From contig CAXXJJ010000004.1 in NCBI GenBank assembly GCA_963667015.2, positions 1,472,001-1,536,000 on the forward strand: a stretch of 64,000 bases of DNA, written 5' to 3'. A program made the position numbers and the translations under genes. Below the pieces are notes generated by a model. The model worked only from the letters and a program-made list of their open reading frames with translations. It was not told where the DNA came from and did no database searches. Source of the stretch: Desulfatiglandales bacterium. Its GTDB lineage: Bacteria; Desulfobacterota; DSM-4660; Desulfatiglandales; HGW-15. This document shows, piece by piece, positions 41,488 through 51,735 of the stretch (its first letter is position 1; each line of letters opens with the position of its first letter).

Positions 41488-41853
41488 ATGATGAAAGAAA
41501 AGGAATTATGGGTTGCTTATGCACTCTGGTTTTTTTGCGGGCTCTGGGGTATTCACAAATTTTATCTTGGAAAAATCGGCATGGGAATAATCTATATCCT
41601 GACCTGCGGTTTCTTTTTTATCGGATGGTTTATAGATCTTTTTACACTGCCTTCACAGGTAGATCGATATAACCTGAAAGAACAGGTCATGGCAAACAAT
41701 CATTCCCGATATTATGAGGATCAATCATACGCGCGGGAAAAAATGAACAATTTTATACGGAAAACCAGCAGGATGGAACAGCGCCTGAGGAATATTGAGG
41801 ATATTGTCACCTCCCGGGAATACAATTTTCATCGAAGGTTATACAGCAGATGA
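41488..41853 (+). CDS. TM2/NINE domain protein with PspC-like C-terminus
   Basis: AYALWFFCGLWGIHKFYLGK...GWFIDLF; tail MEQRLRNIEDIVTSREYNFHRRL. Confidence 0.8.
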   Translation: MMKEKELWVAYALWFFCGLWGIHKFYLGKIGMGIIYILTCGFFFIGWFIDLFTLPSQVDRYNLKEQVMANNHSRYYEDQSYAREKMNNFIRKTSRMEQRLRNIEDIVTSREYNFHRRLYSR

Positions 41854-42248
41854 GATAATCATCTGCAATAAATGGTGCTTCTCCCAATCCGTTGGGAGAA
41901 AGGGACCATGGGTTCAAGTGATTATTCTGGATACCTATTCCCCAAAAAACTTGTCTTTAAATACAAAAACAGCCATTTTCATATCACATGTATAAATTGG
42001 ACACATAAAGATGCTCCATCGTGAGTATTGTCTGTCAAATTTGCTTAAAATATCTCTTCTGTTGATTGAAAAATCAACTGACAGCCTGTGATAGAGAAAA
42101 AAAAAGCCTGGAAGAGTGATTATTGCATAATCTGTTCATCAGGCTTGACCTGTCGCCTCAATATGAAGTATATTGCGACGGTTAAACTAAGGCTGTATAT
42201 TATATTTATCAATTACTAACATTTAATTTATTAATGGAGGAATCGGAC

Positions 42249-43955
42249 ATGAAACTGCGTGGAAAATTCATTGCATTTTTATGCATGAGCCTGATCTCCT
42301 GTCTCCTTATTATGGGCGGTCAGGTCAGTGCAGCAACAGATGGAAAAATTACGGTGCTCAACCCTTTGGGCACACCACCACCTATCGAGGTAAAACAGAT
42401 GGCCCCCCGCCTGGACAAGCTGGACGGTAAAACCATCTACACGATTGATACCGGCTTTCCAAATTCCGGCCGCCTTCTGAAAGAGATAGGCAAATGGTTC
42501 AAGGCAAACTATCCGAATATTAACATCGTGGAGGCTCGCGGAGGGATGTCCAACATTCCTCAGAACGTTTTGGATGAGATCAAAGAGAAAGGAGACGCCG
42601 TGATCCTCGGAGTGGGGCATTGAAGTGTCTGCGCTCCAGGGGCAGTTCGCCTCGCAATCGATTTGGAATCTAAATTAAAAAAACCTGCTGTACCTGTCCT
42701 CGTTAGCGATTTTTTACCACAAGAAATAGAGGTAGCCTATAACTACGGCATGCCGGGCATCAGGATTCAGTATATTCTTGGTCCGGTCTGGGGAAAAAAC
42801 GAAGAGCAGCTCCAGGCCCAGATTATTAATGGTATTAATCCCATTAGCGAAAAACCGGTCATGAAGGAAATTGTGGAAAAATTTACCAAAGCTCTTACCG
42901 CAAAGGAAAAGAACCCCGGAAAATTGAAACATGATCCGCCGCCGGCCACCTATACAGGTACTCCGGCTGAGCTTCAGAAACTTTTTCTTGAAAAAAGATT
43001 CACTGATTTTATGCCGGTTATCCTTCCAACACAGGAACTGGTTGATGAGATGCTGATGGGCACCAGCCATGATCCTGACGAAGTACTGGGCCGTATGAAT
43101 CCCGGATCAGAAGCGGGTGAAATGTGGACATACACGGTCAAAACCGCAGCCATCAACGCTGTAATGGCGGGTGCCAAACCGGAATATTTCCCGGTCATTC
43201 TGGCGATAGGTTCTGCCGGCACGACCGCCGTGAACATTTCCGATAACGGGTTCATGGCCGGGGCGGTAATCAACGGAAATATCCGCGATGAAATAGGGCT
43301 CAACTATGATATAGGCGCAGTAGGACCATATGCTCAGGCCAATACAACTATCGGCCGGGCCTGGAGTCTCCTTTCCATTAACGGCGGGAACTGCGGAAAA
43401 ATTGGAACAACCTACACCGGGACTGTCGGAAATCCAATGAATGCGATCAATGTCATCATTGCTGAAAATGAAGAGAAATCCCCCTGGGAACCCTTTGCTG
43501 TCAGAAGAAGCAATTCAGGAGGGGGAGGATTTGGATTTGGTAGGCCTGGAGGGCCGCCGCCGGCTAAGTATAAAAAAGGTGATAACGTCGTCACCCTCTT
43601 ATCAGGCTGGGGTATCCTTTCCGCTGTAAACTGGAAAGCCAACGACTGGACAGAGCTTCCGAACTATGCTCTGGCTATGAAGAATATCTTCAATCAGCAG
43701 GGGACAATGTTTGGGACTTTTGCTGTCCTCGGCCCGGCAGTTGCTAATAATGTCAGTGATGCCGGCTATGATACGGCGGACAAGCTCATAAAGTTTGTCA
43801 CAGATACAGGTGCCGCGCCTAAAAGCAAAATGGGCGGTTTTGGTATGGGTGGTGGAAGTTTCGAAGTAGTTGTCACCGGTTCGAACAACAATAACTACTG
43901 GATGATAGGCGGTATGAGACCTGGCCGCTCGATCAACATAGACGACTGGAGATAG
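42249..43955 (+). CDS. UGSC-family selenoprotein, secreted, 568 aa, U-S-V-C
   Basis: ORFs 42234-42623 and 42663-43955 are in frame across TGA 42621-42623: LGVGH-U-SVCAPGAVRLAIDLES; hairpin GGGGC-AGTTC-GCCTC at 42639-42653. Confidence 0.88.
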
Positions 43956-44015
43956 GTTGTCAGTGAAAAATGATCAATTATCAGTGATCATCATTTAGTA
44001 ATAAGGTAGTAAGCA

Positions 44016-44052
44016 GCAGCCGTCGGCGCACCAGCGCCGGAGGCTGTTTTTT
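44016..44052 (+). terminator. Intrinsic terminator
   Basis: GCAGCCGTCGGCGC-ACCA-GCGCCGGAGGCTGTTTTTT. Confidence 0.7.
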
Positions 44053-44070
44053 ATTTGTGGGTGCAGCGGA

Positions 44071-45180
44071 TCAATCCATATTCTTAATCAGGTATATCAA
44101 TGAATCCTTCAGGTCATTTACCCGGAACTGAATATCAAGCTGCTCATCATTCAGTGAATTGATAATCTCCATGTTAAAGCCCTCTTGCTCAGCTTTCCTA
44201 ACCCATTCTGTTTTAAGCTTCTCAATTTCTTCATTGGCCTTAGCTGCAAACTCTATACTGTTCCAGTCCATGTGCAGGTTTACAATTCCCTTTTCACCGG
44301 AAAGTTTATCAAGGGATATTTCCGCCTTTTTCATCCCTGAGCCAAGTTCTTCACTGAAGGTTCCCGTGCCATGATTAAGAACCTTTAATTGAGAACCGTC
44401 AAACACGCCATATGCCAGAGCTCCTTCACTGCCTGCCCGGTAAAAAGATTCTGATAAAGTTTCATTCAATTCGCCACTACTGCCCTCTTCAGAAAGACGA
44501 TCCAGGGCAGAGATTGCAGACTCCGGATCATTACCAAGGATAAATGTTCCCTCATAAAATCCGACAGCTATCTGTTCAGTCCTCTCACTGTTCCAGTCAC
44601 CATCCCCTTCGAATAAAAAAAGATCACCGTGCCCGGTGGAGATCTTTTTATTCTTTAATTCATCATTACTTTCAAAGAGTGAATTGAGAAATAATTTTAC
44701 TATCCGTGTTCCCTTTCCGAAATTTGCCGCAACTATAAAATCAATATTTCCGGCTTCATCGGATGACAAAGACAAAGTTGCTTCCTTCGGGGCGATCAAC
44801 TCAATAAACCTGGCCGGGTCCTCCTGGCCCTCAAAATAATTTTTCAATCCTTCAAGATATTCCGGGAGCTTTGGTACCTGTTTGCGGTTATTATTCCGGG
44901 CCGCCCTGGACACATCTGAGACAAGCTGAAGCACCTCCTGGTTTTCAGAAAGGTCTTCCAGCCTGAATGCACCGGATGAAGCTGTATTAAGTATTCTATC
45001 AGTCGGTACCTGATCTTCCTGTGAAAACAGCCACCATCCGCCAAAACCAATTATAATAAAGAACAATCCGATTATTGCTGCACAACCGATTCCGCATCCT
45101 ATAAGTGTCTTCTTCTGTGTAGACATTTTTGATGCTGGTCTGTTCGTATAATCTGGAGTTATATTCATTGTGTTTTTCAC
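44071..45180 (-). CDS. Hypothetical membrane-anchored protein
   Basis: GCGIGC followed by a TM helix; 369 aa. Confidence 0.7.
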   Translation of the reverse strand: MKNTMNITPDYTNRPASKMSTQKKTLIGCGIGCAAIIGLFFIIIGFGGWWLFSQEDQVPTDRILNTASSGAFRLEDLSENQEVLQLVSDVSRAARNNNRKQVPKLPEYLEGLKNYFEGQEDPARFIELIAPKEATLSLSSDEAGNIDFIVAANFGKGTRIVKLFLNSLFESNDELKNKKISTGHGDLFLFEGDGDWNSERTEQIAVGFYEGTFILGNDPESAISALDRLSEEGSSGELNETLSESFYRAGSEGALAYGVFDGSQLKVLNHGTGTFSEELGSGMKKAEISLDKLSGEKGIVNLHMDWNSIEFAAKANEEIEKLKTEWVRKAEQEGFNMEIINSLNDEQLDIQFRVNDLKDSLIYLIKNMD

Positions 45181-45210
45181 CTCTGGATAAGATATTACAG
45201 TTGAATAAGC

Positions 45211-45684
45211 CTATTGTTTTTCCATCACTTTTTTTATATTCACGGGTTTCCCATTTTCATCGACGCCTTTAAATGTCTGCGTCATGGTCTTTCCATCACT
45301 GCTTATTATCTTATGGTACAGCCCGACCTGGTTGCCATTCAGCGTTATAACCGCAAACCAGTGTCCGGGTTCAACATAGCCTTCAACATAGAGCAATCCT
45401 TCTTCGAGAGTCTTTGAAAGACATGCAGCAACACCGCCCTCTTTCGGCCATATCCATTTGCCTGAATCAGTACTACCATCCTCAAAGATAGTTGATATGG
45501 TGAGTTCCATCAAGTTTTCGTCAGTTTCACGGTAAATATTGATATCTTCTTTAATACTCTTCTCGTCAGCAGACAGAACCGATTTGGCAATATTAAGTTT
45601 CCATGTACCAATAATCGGATCAGCAGCCCAAAGAGTGTCAGGTAAAGAAATGAGAATGATAAAAAGAAATATTATTTTTCGCAT
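45211..45684 (-). CDS. Hypothetical secreted protein (lipocalin-like beta barrel possible)
   Basis: Signal peptide; DPIIGTWKLN; SSDGKTMT. Confidence 0.7.
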   Translation of the reverse strand: MRKIIFLFIILISLPDTLWAADPIIGTWKLNIAKSVLSADEKSIKEDINIYRETDENLMELTISTIFEDGSTDSGKWIWPKEGGVAACLSKTLEEGLLYVEGYVEPGHWFAVITLNGNQVGLYHKIISSDGKTMTQTFKGVDENGKPVNIKKVMEKQ

Positions 45685-45845
45685 AATTAATATCCTCCGA
45701 TAATGTTGTTTAGCAATGTATTCAAAATAAATTTATTTTTTCTTTACAATAAAACAAAGAATGTATGTTTTTTATCATTTTGTTCTTCTTTATTTAGGAA
45801 ATGAAAAAGTGGATACTTTCAGTTCATTAGGTTTTGTAGCTCCGA

Positions 45846-45912
45846 CTTTATAACGCCAGGTTTAACCGGTAAGGCGGAACGCCTTGCCATCGATAAAACC
45901 TTTGTAATATTG
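45846..45912 (-). repeat. attC-like site (R'' mutated)
   Basis: CTTTATAAC...GTAATATTG; the latter matches cassette start GTTATATTG (48125) with one mismatch. Confidence 0.6.
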
Positions 45913-45937
45913 TTTTTTATAGTCATTTAACTTTCCT

Positions 45938-47155
45938 TTAATTACTCGCTGCTTTAACCCATTTTAATATTTCTCTCCAGGTTGGTTCTTTCCCATACAT
46001 CAACATAGAAATTTCAAATATTTTTCCTGCAAATTTTCGTAAATACCATGTGCTTGCTATCAACAGCAGAAATGAAATGACTATTTCTATTACACTAACA
46101 TGTGAGAGAACCATTCGGACAGAGATTATAGGAACAGACGTCGGCGGGAAAAATGTTAGAATTTTCATTGCAATGCTGTCAGGATTTCCAAAACCTAAAA
46201 AAGCTAATGCTGTAGGAGCAGCAGGCAGAAGCATAAAAATGCCTCTTGCGGAAGTGTTTGGGTCACTAATAGTTGCCGCAACAGCAGAAAAAAAAGTGTT
46301 CCAGAAAAAGAATCCCGCAAGTGAAAAGATAAATAAACAGAAAATTAAAAACGGATTAGTGATAACGATAGGAATCGACCATCCAATGCCAGATAACCCG
46401 GATACAGCATAAAACAAAACTGTACTGACTGAAGCATGTATTAAGCCCACTAAAGAAAAAATAGAAATACCAAGTATTTTACCATCCATCCATGTTTGTG
46501 CGCTAATAGCAGCAACGATAACCTCAGTTGTTCTTGACTGTTTTTCACCGGTTATTGCTGTAAACATAAGAGCCAGACCGGAAAATATCAAAAAAAACAT
46601 AAACCCTATTAATATACCTGCTACTATTTTTTCTCCTAATGTACTTTTTGTTTTTTGGGGAACAGTATAATTAGTCTTGATATCTATCTGGCTGAATATT
46701 TCTTTCAGTTGTTCCGGAGGGATATTCAATTCTTTTAATTTAATCTGTTGTCGTTCTAAAGTTAATGCCCCTTTCAAGTTTTTTAACCATGATGGTTCTT
46801 TGTTTGCAATCAGTTCCACATTGTCAAAGTCATTAATAATAAGTATGCCTTCAATATTTTTTTCTGATAGTTCATGCTTTAATGAATCCAGCTGATGATC
46901 TTTTTTTACTGATATTTTCAGGTTGTTTATTTTGTCCAGTTTCAGTTGAATTCCCGAATTGTTTATTACTGCTATTTCATTTTCAAGATCTGCGAATTTT
47001 TTAAATAATGCCTGTCCGCCTAAAAATATCAAGCCTGACAGCAGGGCTACGAGAAGAGTGATTAATTGAGCCCTTAATTTAAACCAGCGATTGAACTCCC
47101 ATTTTGCTACTTCAAAAACAAGGCGAAAACTATTTCGGCTTTTAGTCTGCATCAT
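45938..47155 (-). CDS. ABC-2 type transporter permease (NatB/YhaP-like), cassette-borne
   Basis: EKQSRTTEVIV...GKILG; multiple TM helices. Confidence 0.88.
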   Translation of the reverse strand: MMQTKSRNSFRLVFEVAKWEFNRWFKLRAQLITLLVALLSGLIFLGGQALFKKFADLENEIAVINNSGIQLKLDKINNLKISVKKDHQLDSLKHELSEKNIEGILIINDFDNVELIANKEPSWLKNLKGALTLERQQIKLKELNIPPEQLKEIFSQIDIKTNYTVPQKTKSTLGEKIVAGILIGFMFFLIFSGLALMFTAITGEKQSRTTEVIVAAISAQTWMDGKILGISIFSLVGLIHASVSTVLFYAVSGLSGIGWSIPIVITNPFLIFCLFIFSLAGFFFWNTFFSAVAATISDPNTSARGIFMLLPAAPTALAFLGFGNPDSIAMKILTFFPPTSVPIISVRMVLSHVSVIEIVISFLLLIASTWYLRKFAGKIFEISMLMYGKEPTWREILKWVKAASN

Positions 47156-48083
47156 GCGCCTCTTTGTCCCTATTTACCATTTCTATATAAATATCGTGCA
47201 GGGTTGTATGTTCTGTTTTTACAGACATTATTTTTAGGTTTGAAGAAACTTTACTCAGTAAGCCGGACAAGGATTTGTTATGCCGCAGGATTAATATTAT
47301 TTCTCCGCTTTTACTGTCATAAAATCGTTCCACTGCTTCATCGTCTTTTAAAAAAGAAAAGTCCGCCTGACCTTCATAATAGATTATAAGTTTTTCACCG
47401 GTTTTACTACGGCTTTTCAGTTCATCTATTGTTCCATTCGCAATACATTTACCATTGTTTAACAGCATTATTTTATCGCCGATTTTTTCAACCAATTGCA
47501 TTTGATGGGCGCTTAATAATACCGTGGTGCCTTTATCCCGAAGCTCTTTAATGATAGACAGAAAAGCTTCCTGGTTTATGGGGTCAAAACCAGCAAAGGG
47601 TTCATCCAGAATTGCAAAAGAAGGATTATGAATAACAGATGAGATAAACTGCACTTTCTGTTGGTTACCTTTTGAAAGCGTATTTAGTTTTTCTTTTTTT
47701 CTACCGAGCAGTTCCAGTTTATCTAGCCATACTTCCGCTGATTTTTTTGCATCAGATTTTATCATTCCTTTTATGATGCCCATGTATTCGAGTGTTTTGA
47801 TAATCGGGATATCCGGATAAAGTCCTCTTTCTTCAGGCAGATAACCAAATTGATTTGTATGAAGAACCGTGGAGCTGCTTGAATGGTTTGAGAAGAATTC
47901 AATTCTACCTTCATCAGGTTTAATTATATCCATGAGCATACGTACAGTGGTTGTTTTTCCGGAACCGTTAGGGCCTAGCAGAGCAAAGATCTCTCCTTTT
48001 TGAACAGTGAAGGAAATATTATTCACCGCCGTAATATCGCCAAATCGTTTAAAAATGGAATCTACCTTAAGGATAACTTCCAA
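47142..48083 (-). CDS. ABC transporter ATP-binding protein (YhaQ-like), cassette-borne
   Basis: GPNGSGKT, GYLPEERGLY, LSKGNQQ, ILDEP. Confidence 0.92.
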   Translation of the reverse strand: MEVILKVDSIFKRFGDITAVNNISFTVQKGEIFALLGPNGSGKTTTVRMLMDIIKPDEGRIEFFSNHSSSSTVLHTNQFGYLPEERGLYPDIPIIKTLEYMGIIKGMIKSDAKKSAEVWLDKLELLGRKKEKLNTLSKGNQQKVQFISSVIHNPSFAILDEPFAGFDPINQEAFLSIIKELRDKGTTVLLSAHQMQLVEKIGDKIMLLNNGKCIANGTIDELKSRSKTGEKLIIYYEGQADFSFLKDDEAVERFYDSKSGEIILILRHNKSLSGLLSKVSSNLKIMSVKTEHTTLHDIYIEMVNRDKEAHDAD

Positions 48084-48116
48084 TTTAATTTACTCCTTGT
48101 CGCCTTGGATTTTATT

Positions 48117-48253
48117 CAATATAACATCGCATTACAGGCATGCGGTGTATACCCTTAAAAAGTATTAATAGATAAAAAATATTGCGAACCTTAAAAGATC
48201 GATTCGGCAAGATAGTAGCATGTCCTTGGCACGAAGATGCGGATGTTAGTGTT
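48117..48253 (-). repeat. attC-like site
   Basis: CAATATAAC...GTTAGTGTT; arms CATCGCAT/ATGCGGATG. Confidence 0.7.
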
Positions 48254-48665
48254 CTCTCCAGCTTTTATTTGACTCACTTGCTTCAAGTAGATCCCACTGA
48301 TTACCATACAAATCTTTGAAGACCGCAAATGTTCCATAATCCACTTTTTGGGGTTCCCGAATAAATTCTATTCCTTTTGATTTAAATGATTCGTAATCTC
48401 TCCAGAAGTTATCGGTGTAAAGAAATAAAAAAACACGTCCTCCTGTCTGATTTCCGATATATGTATTTTGTTCTGGTGTTGAAGCCTTTGCTAATAATAA
48501 ATTTGAACCGCTATTTCCTTTAGGACATACTACTACCCATCGTTTGTCTTGTTCTGGAATATAAGTATCTTCAACAAGCTCAAAATCAAGCATACTGGTA
48601 TAGAACTTTATTGCTTCATCATAATCTTTTACAACCAATGAAATGAGACCAAGTGATCGATTCAT
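48246..48665 (-). CDS. VOC/glyoxalase family protein, cassette-borne
   Basis: Start moved to ATG 48665 inside the cassette; LVVKDYDEAIKFY, GNQTGGRVFLFL, FKDLYGNQWDL. Confidence 0.9.
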   Translation of the reverse strand: MNRSLGLISLVVKDYDEAIKFYTSMLDFELVEDTYIPEQDKRWVVVCPKGNSGSNLLLAKASTPEQNTYIGNQTGGRVFLFLYTDNFWRDYESFKSKGIEFIREPQKVDYGTFAVFKDLYGNQWDLLEASESNKSWREH

Positions 48666-48824
48666 AAATTTCCTATTAAGCCAAAATCTCGAAACATTAA
48701 CGCCCACAAAAAGGGCTGGCGAATGGTACCGATGATGGAAGTATGATGACAAGAAAGAAAAAAACAAATAACATGAGTGAAAAGTATTTATAGTAAATAT
48801 TCAATTTGTTCATATCCTCTCCAT

Positions 48825-48888
48825 CATAAACCCCGGTTTAACAGGCGGGCGCAGCCCGGCCCAGTTGAAACTGATATTTGTTGGCAAT
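48825..48888 (-). repeat. attC-like site
   Basis: CATAAAC...GGGCGCAGCCC...GTTGGCAAT; a truncated attC lies adjacent at about 48693-48770. Confidence 0.6.
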
Positions 48889-48907
48889 TTTTCAGGGTAA
48901 AACATTT

Positions 48908-49684
48908 CTATTTATATGCTAAGACGTTTATTCTCCGGAACATTTCGAAGCATGTCCCATCTTTTTGTTTTGTTGATTCTACCATTATATCTGCTACAGT
49001 TTTATGAAACGGTTCTGCCAGATCAGGGTTAAGATATTGCTTGAAAGGAACGATAGCAGGATGATCAACCCACCCAAGCATTTCATTTTCATCAGGAAAA
49101 TATCTGTCTACATTTTCGCCCCATACTTCAGCATTAATAAAAGATGAGCTATTAACTAACTTCGTATATTCCTCAACTCCCGGCATATACCAGGGCCATT
49201 CAAAACCAAGAAAAGCATCCCTAAAATCATTTCGTCCCATAACCTCCAGGACAATATTATTTAGAGTTGAGCAATTACCTTCACCTGCAAAATTTACTCG
49301 CAGTTTTCCCGATGGCCTGAGCGCTCTATACAGCAATTCTAAAAGTGTTTTGTGATCTTTTACCCAATGAAGGACAGCATTTGAGAATACAATATCAAAC
49401 TCCTCATTAAAATTAATATTTATAACATCGAGGTGTTGAAATACCAGGTTGCTACCTCTGTGCGTTTGTGCAGTTTCTATCATTCCTTTTGATGCGTCAA
49501 TGCCGGTTACAGCACCATCAGGTACAACTTCTGCCAGTTTTGCAGTGAGAGCTCCATCACCGCACCCAACGTCTAAAATACGTTCATCACCACGGAGGTT
49601 GAGTTCCTCAATCAGTCTTGTTCCCCATTCTTTCTGATGAGTAGAAGTTTGCGCATAACGTTTACCATCAAATTCAACTGTCAC
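48908..49684 (-). CDS. Class I SAM-dependent methyltransferase (Tam-like), cassette-borne
   Basis: ILDVGCGDG, GIDAS, FDIVFSNAVLHW. Confidence 0.9.
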   Translation of the reverse strand: MTVEFDGKRYAQTSTHQKEWGTRLIEELNLRGDERILDVGCGDGALTAKLAEVVPDGAVTGIDASKGMIETAQTHRGSNLVFQHLDVININFNEEFDIVFSNAVLHWVKDHKTLLELLYRALRPSGKLRVNFAGEGNCSTLNNIVLEVMGRNDFRDAFLGFEWPWYMPGVEEYTKLVNSSSFINAEVWGENVDRYFPDENEMLGWVDHPAIVPFKQYLNPDLAEPFHKTVADIMVESTKQKDGTCFEMFRRINVLAYK

Positions 49685-49707
49685 TGTGTTTTCTCCTATA
49701 TATTTTT

Positions 49708-49784
49708 ATCGTCAACTTAACCCTTAACATGCTGGGTGGGGTTTTATCGCCCAGTCATGGTTGAAGGGAGGGTTTGTTAACCCT
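49708..49784 (-). repeat. attC-like site
   Basis: ATCGTCAAC...CTGGGTG/CGCCCAG...GTTAACCCT. Confidence 0.65.
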
Positions 49785-50148
49785 GTTTTATTGTTTGTAT
49801 TGTATTCGTTAATATCAGACAGAAGAATGCTACAAGAAATATTACAGCAAGTATTTTACATAATTTTTTTACGTAAGGCTTACCGCCAAAATGCCAAAAA
49901 TCTGGTTCTGTTGTAAGATCAATTGGAAGATCTTTTAATATTTTTTCAGCCTCGGACTTCATTGGTGCAGGAACAAGAATGTTAAAGAAGGCGCCTGGGC
50001 CAGCAACAGGCGTATACATACCTGTTTTCAAACCTGCAAAGTTTTCTTTTTGTTTGAAGATTGGAATATTTGATTCAGTCAATGCATTGCAAGCTAGTTC
50101 AAATTCATGTAGACGACCAGTTTGTAGAATTAAGACTTGTTCTGTCAT
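49777..50148 (-). CDS. DUF2007-like putative signal-transducing protein, cassette-borne
   Basis: Start moved to ATG 50148 behind GGAGG; C-terminal TM helix. Confidence 0.65.
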   Translation of the reverse strand: MTEQVLILQTGRLHEFELACNALTESNIPIFKQKENFAGLKTGMYTPVAGPGAFFNILVPAPMKSEAEKILKDLPIDLTTEPDFWHFGGKPYVKKLCKILAVIFLVAFFCLILTNTIQTIKQG

Positions 50149-50161
50149 TGTCTCCTCCCTA

Positions 50162-50301
50162 AAGCATAACGCCAACAATAAGGGATTGGCGGATAATGGT
50201 GCCGATGGTCGATAAAGTATGAAGACCATTGATACTACTAAATTTCAATCTGCAAGAAAAACCAGCCAATCACCTTGATTGCCTTATAAGGGTTATACAA
50301 A
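50162..50301 (-). repeat. attC-like site
   Basis: AAGCATAAC...GATTGGC/GCCAATC...GTTATACAAA; similar to the truncated site at 48693. Confidence 0.7.
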
Positions 50302-50302
50302 A

Positions 50303-50572
50303 TTATTTGGATAAAATATTAAGAAATCCAACAATGCATACAGCTAATCCACATGACCAAATTACTATTCGAATTATTCTTATTTTTTTCTCATGTAATT
50401 TAAAGAAATCATTTCTTATAATTCCCAAAGACGTACTTATGGAAAAAATCAAAATTCCATATACTGCATAATTTACACACCCTTTGATGTAAATATATAT
50501 AATAAATAATAGAATCAGAAAATTGATGAAAAAAAAGAATGGGATTTCACACTTTCTTAATAAATTACTCAT
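50303..50572 (-). CDS. Small hypothetical membrane protein, cassette-borne
   Basis: GAAGGTG RBS; bounded by matching GTTATACAAA cores at 50593 and 50292. Confidence 0.6.
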   Translation of the reverse strand: MSNLLRKCEIPFFFFINFLILLFIIYIYIKGCVNYAVYGILIFSISTSLGIIRNDFFKLHEKKIRIIRIVIWSCGLAVCIVGFLNILSK

Positions 50573-50843
50573 ATTTCACCTTCTTTGTATAACGAGGTTG
50601 TCGAAAAAAGTCCCCAGCTAATTTTTTCTTATGTTTTTATGAGATCGTTTGGCATTGCCCATTTGACGATCGTCGATTGTATTGCATTTTTGAAAACAAT
50701 TTTTAACAGTTCTACTCATGTAAATTTTACAATAGGGTTTTTCTCAATATTTTATTAATAACGTATACATGGTCAGGCTTGTATTTGATGGCACAATGAT
50801 TGTTTACATTTACTTTTTTATGAGTTTCCATTTTATGTTTTTC

Positions 50844-50910
50844 ACACACAACGTTTAACCGGCCGGGCGGCGTTTTATCGCCCGGTCGGGTTTATTGATT
50901 GGTTGTGTGT
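50844..50910 (-). repeat. attC-like site
   Basis: ACACACAAC...GGCCGGGCG/CGCCCGGTC...GTTGTGTGT. Confidence 0.75.
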
Positions 50911-51231
50911 TTTTTTATTTCCATTGTCCGAAGGGTCCAAATGCAAACCACATTTTGGACAGTTGCCACCAGTTACAGGTGTCCCCCAAGAAGAACACCT
51001 TGGGCATCTTTTAAATAAAAAAACACCCTTTAAGAATAAAATGATCATAGTTATTAATAATATTATAGCTACTGACATTTGTAAAAATGGATATTGACCT
51101 AAAAAGAAATTATTAATGAAAATAAGGCCAAGAAGAATAGTCATATAAAGAAGAATGAGGCTATTATATTTTGCCATTTTCTGTAGTTTTTTTCTTTCTT
51201 CTTCGTTTGGAGCTTTTGAAATCATGACCAA
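50875..51231 (-). CDS. Hypothetical membrane protein with C-terminal Zn ribbon, cassette-borne
   Basis: Two TM helices; CPRC...CPKC; ORF runs into its attC. Confidence 0.65.
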   Translation of the reverse strand: MVMISKAPNEEERKKLQKMAKYNSLILLYMTILLGLIFINNFFLGQYPFLQMSVAIILLITMIILFLKGVFLFKRCPRCSSWGTPVTGGNCPKCGLHLDPSDNGNKKTHNQSINPTGR

Positions 51232-51271
51232 TCCTTTTTTAATAAATTATATATTCTATGAAGGATATTTT

Positions 51272-51369
51272 ACACACAACTTTTTGCTCACCAGCCCCGC
51301 CGCGATGCTGCGCGAAAAACAAAATGGACCCTCCGGGGTCTGGTGTAGCTGATTGATAATGTTAAAAGC
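51272..51369 (-). repeat. attC-like site
   Basis: ACACACAAC...CACCAGCCCCG/CGGGGTCTGGTG...GTTAAAAGC; same family as 53011-53100. Confidence 0.75.
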
Positions 51370-51444
51370 CATTTTTAATTGCTATTTGGAGACCATGTCA
51401 TTTTAATAACTACCTGTAATCACGTATTATATTTGGGGATTTTA

Positions 51445-51610
51445 CCAACGTTGATGATCTCGCAAAAAGTCAGCGTCAGCAAAAAGAATACTATTTTGAT
51501 GGCCTTTAACCCATGTCTAATCATGTAATCGTCGATTCTGAGGCAAATAGGAGACTCGATTTTTTGGGTTATAACGATTATTCGACTTTTTGCGAGTCCA
51601 TCAACGTTGG
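51445..51610. mobile_element. MITE-like element inside an ORF-less cassette
   Basis: Terminal inverted repeats CCAACGTTGATGATCTCGCAAAAAGTC / GACTTTTTGCGAGTCCATCAACGTTGG; no ORF. Confidence 0.7.
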
Positions 51611-51735
51611 CATTTTCCCCAAATAAGGATTTTTTTCCGGATTTTTATTTTGGTTTTTAATTCTGTTTTGCTATTTGGCCATTTTGCCAGTATCAGCATT
51701 CTGGCCAAATACCATTTTTCTGCTACCACATTTCA

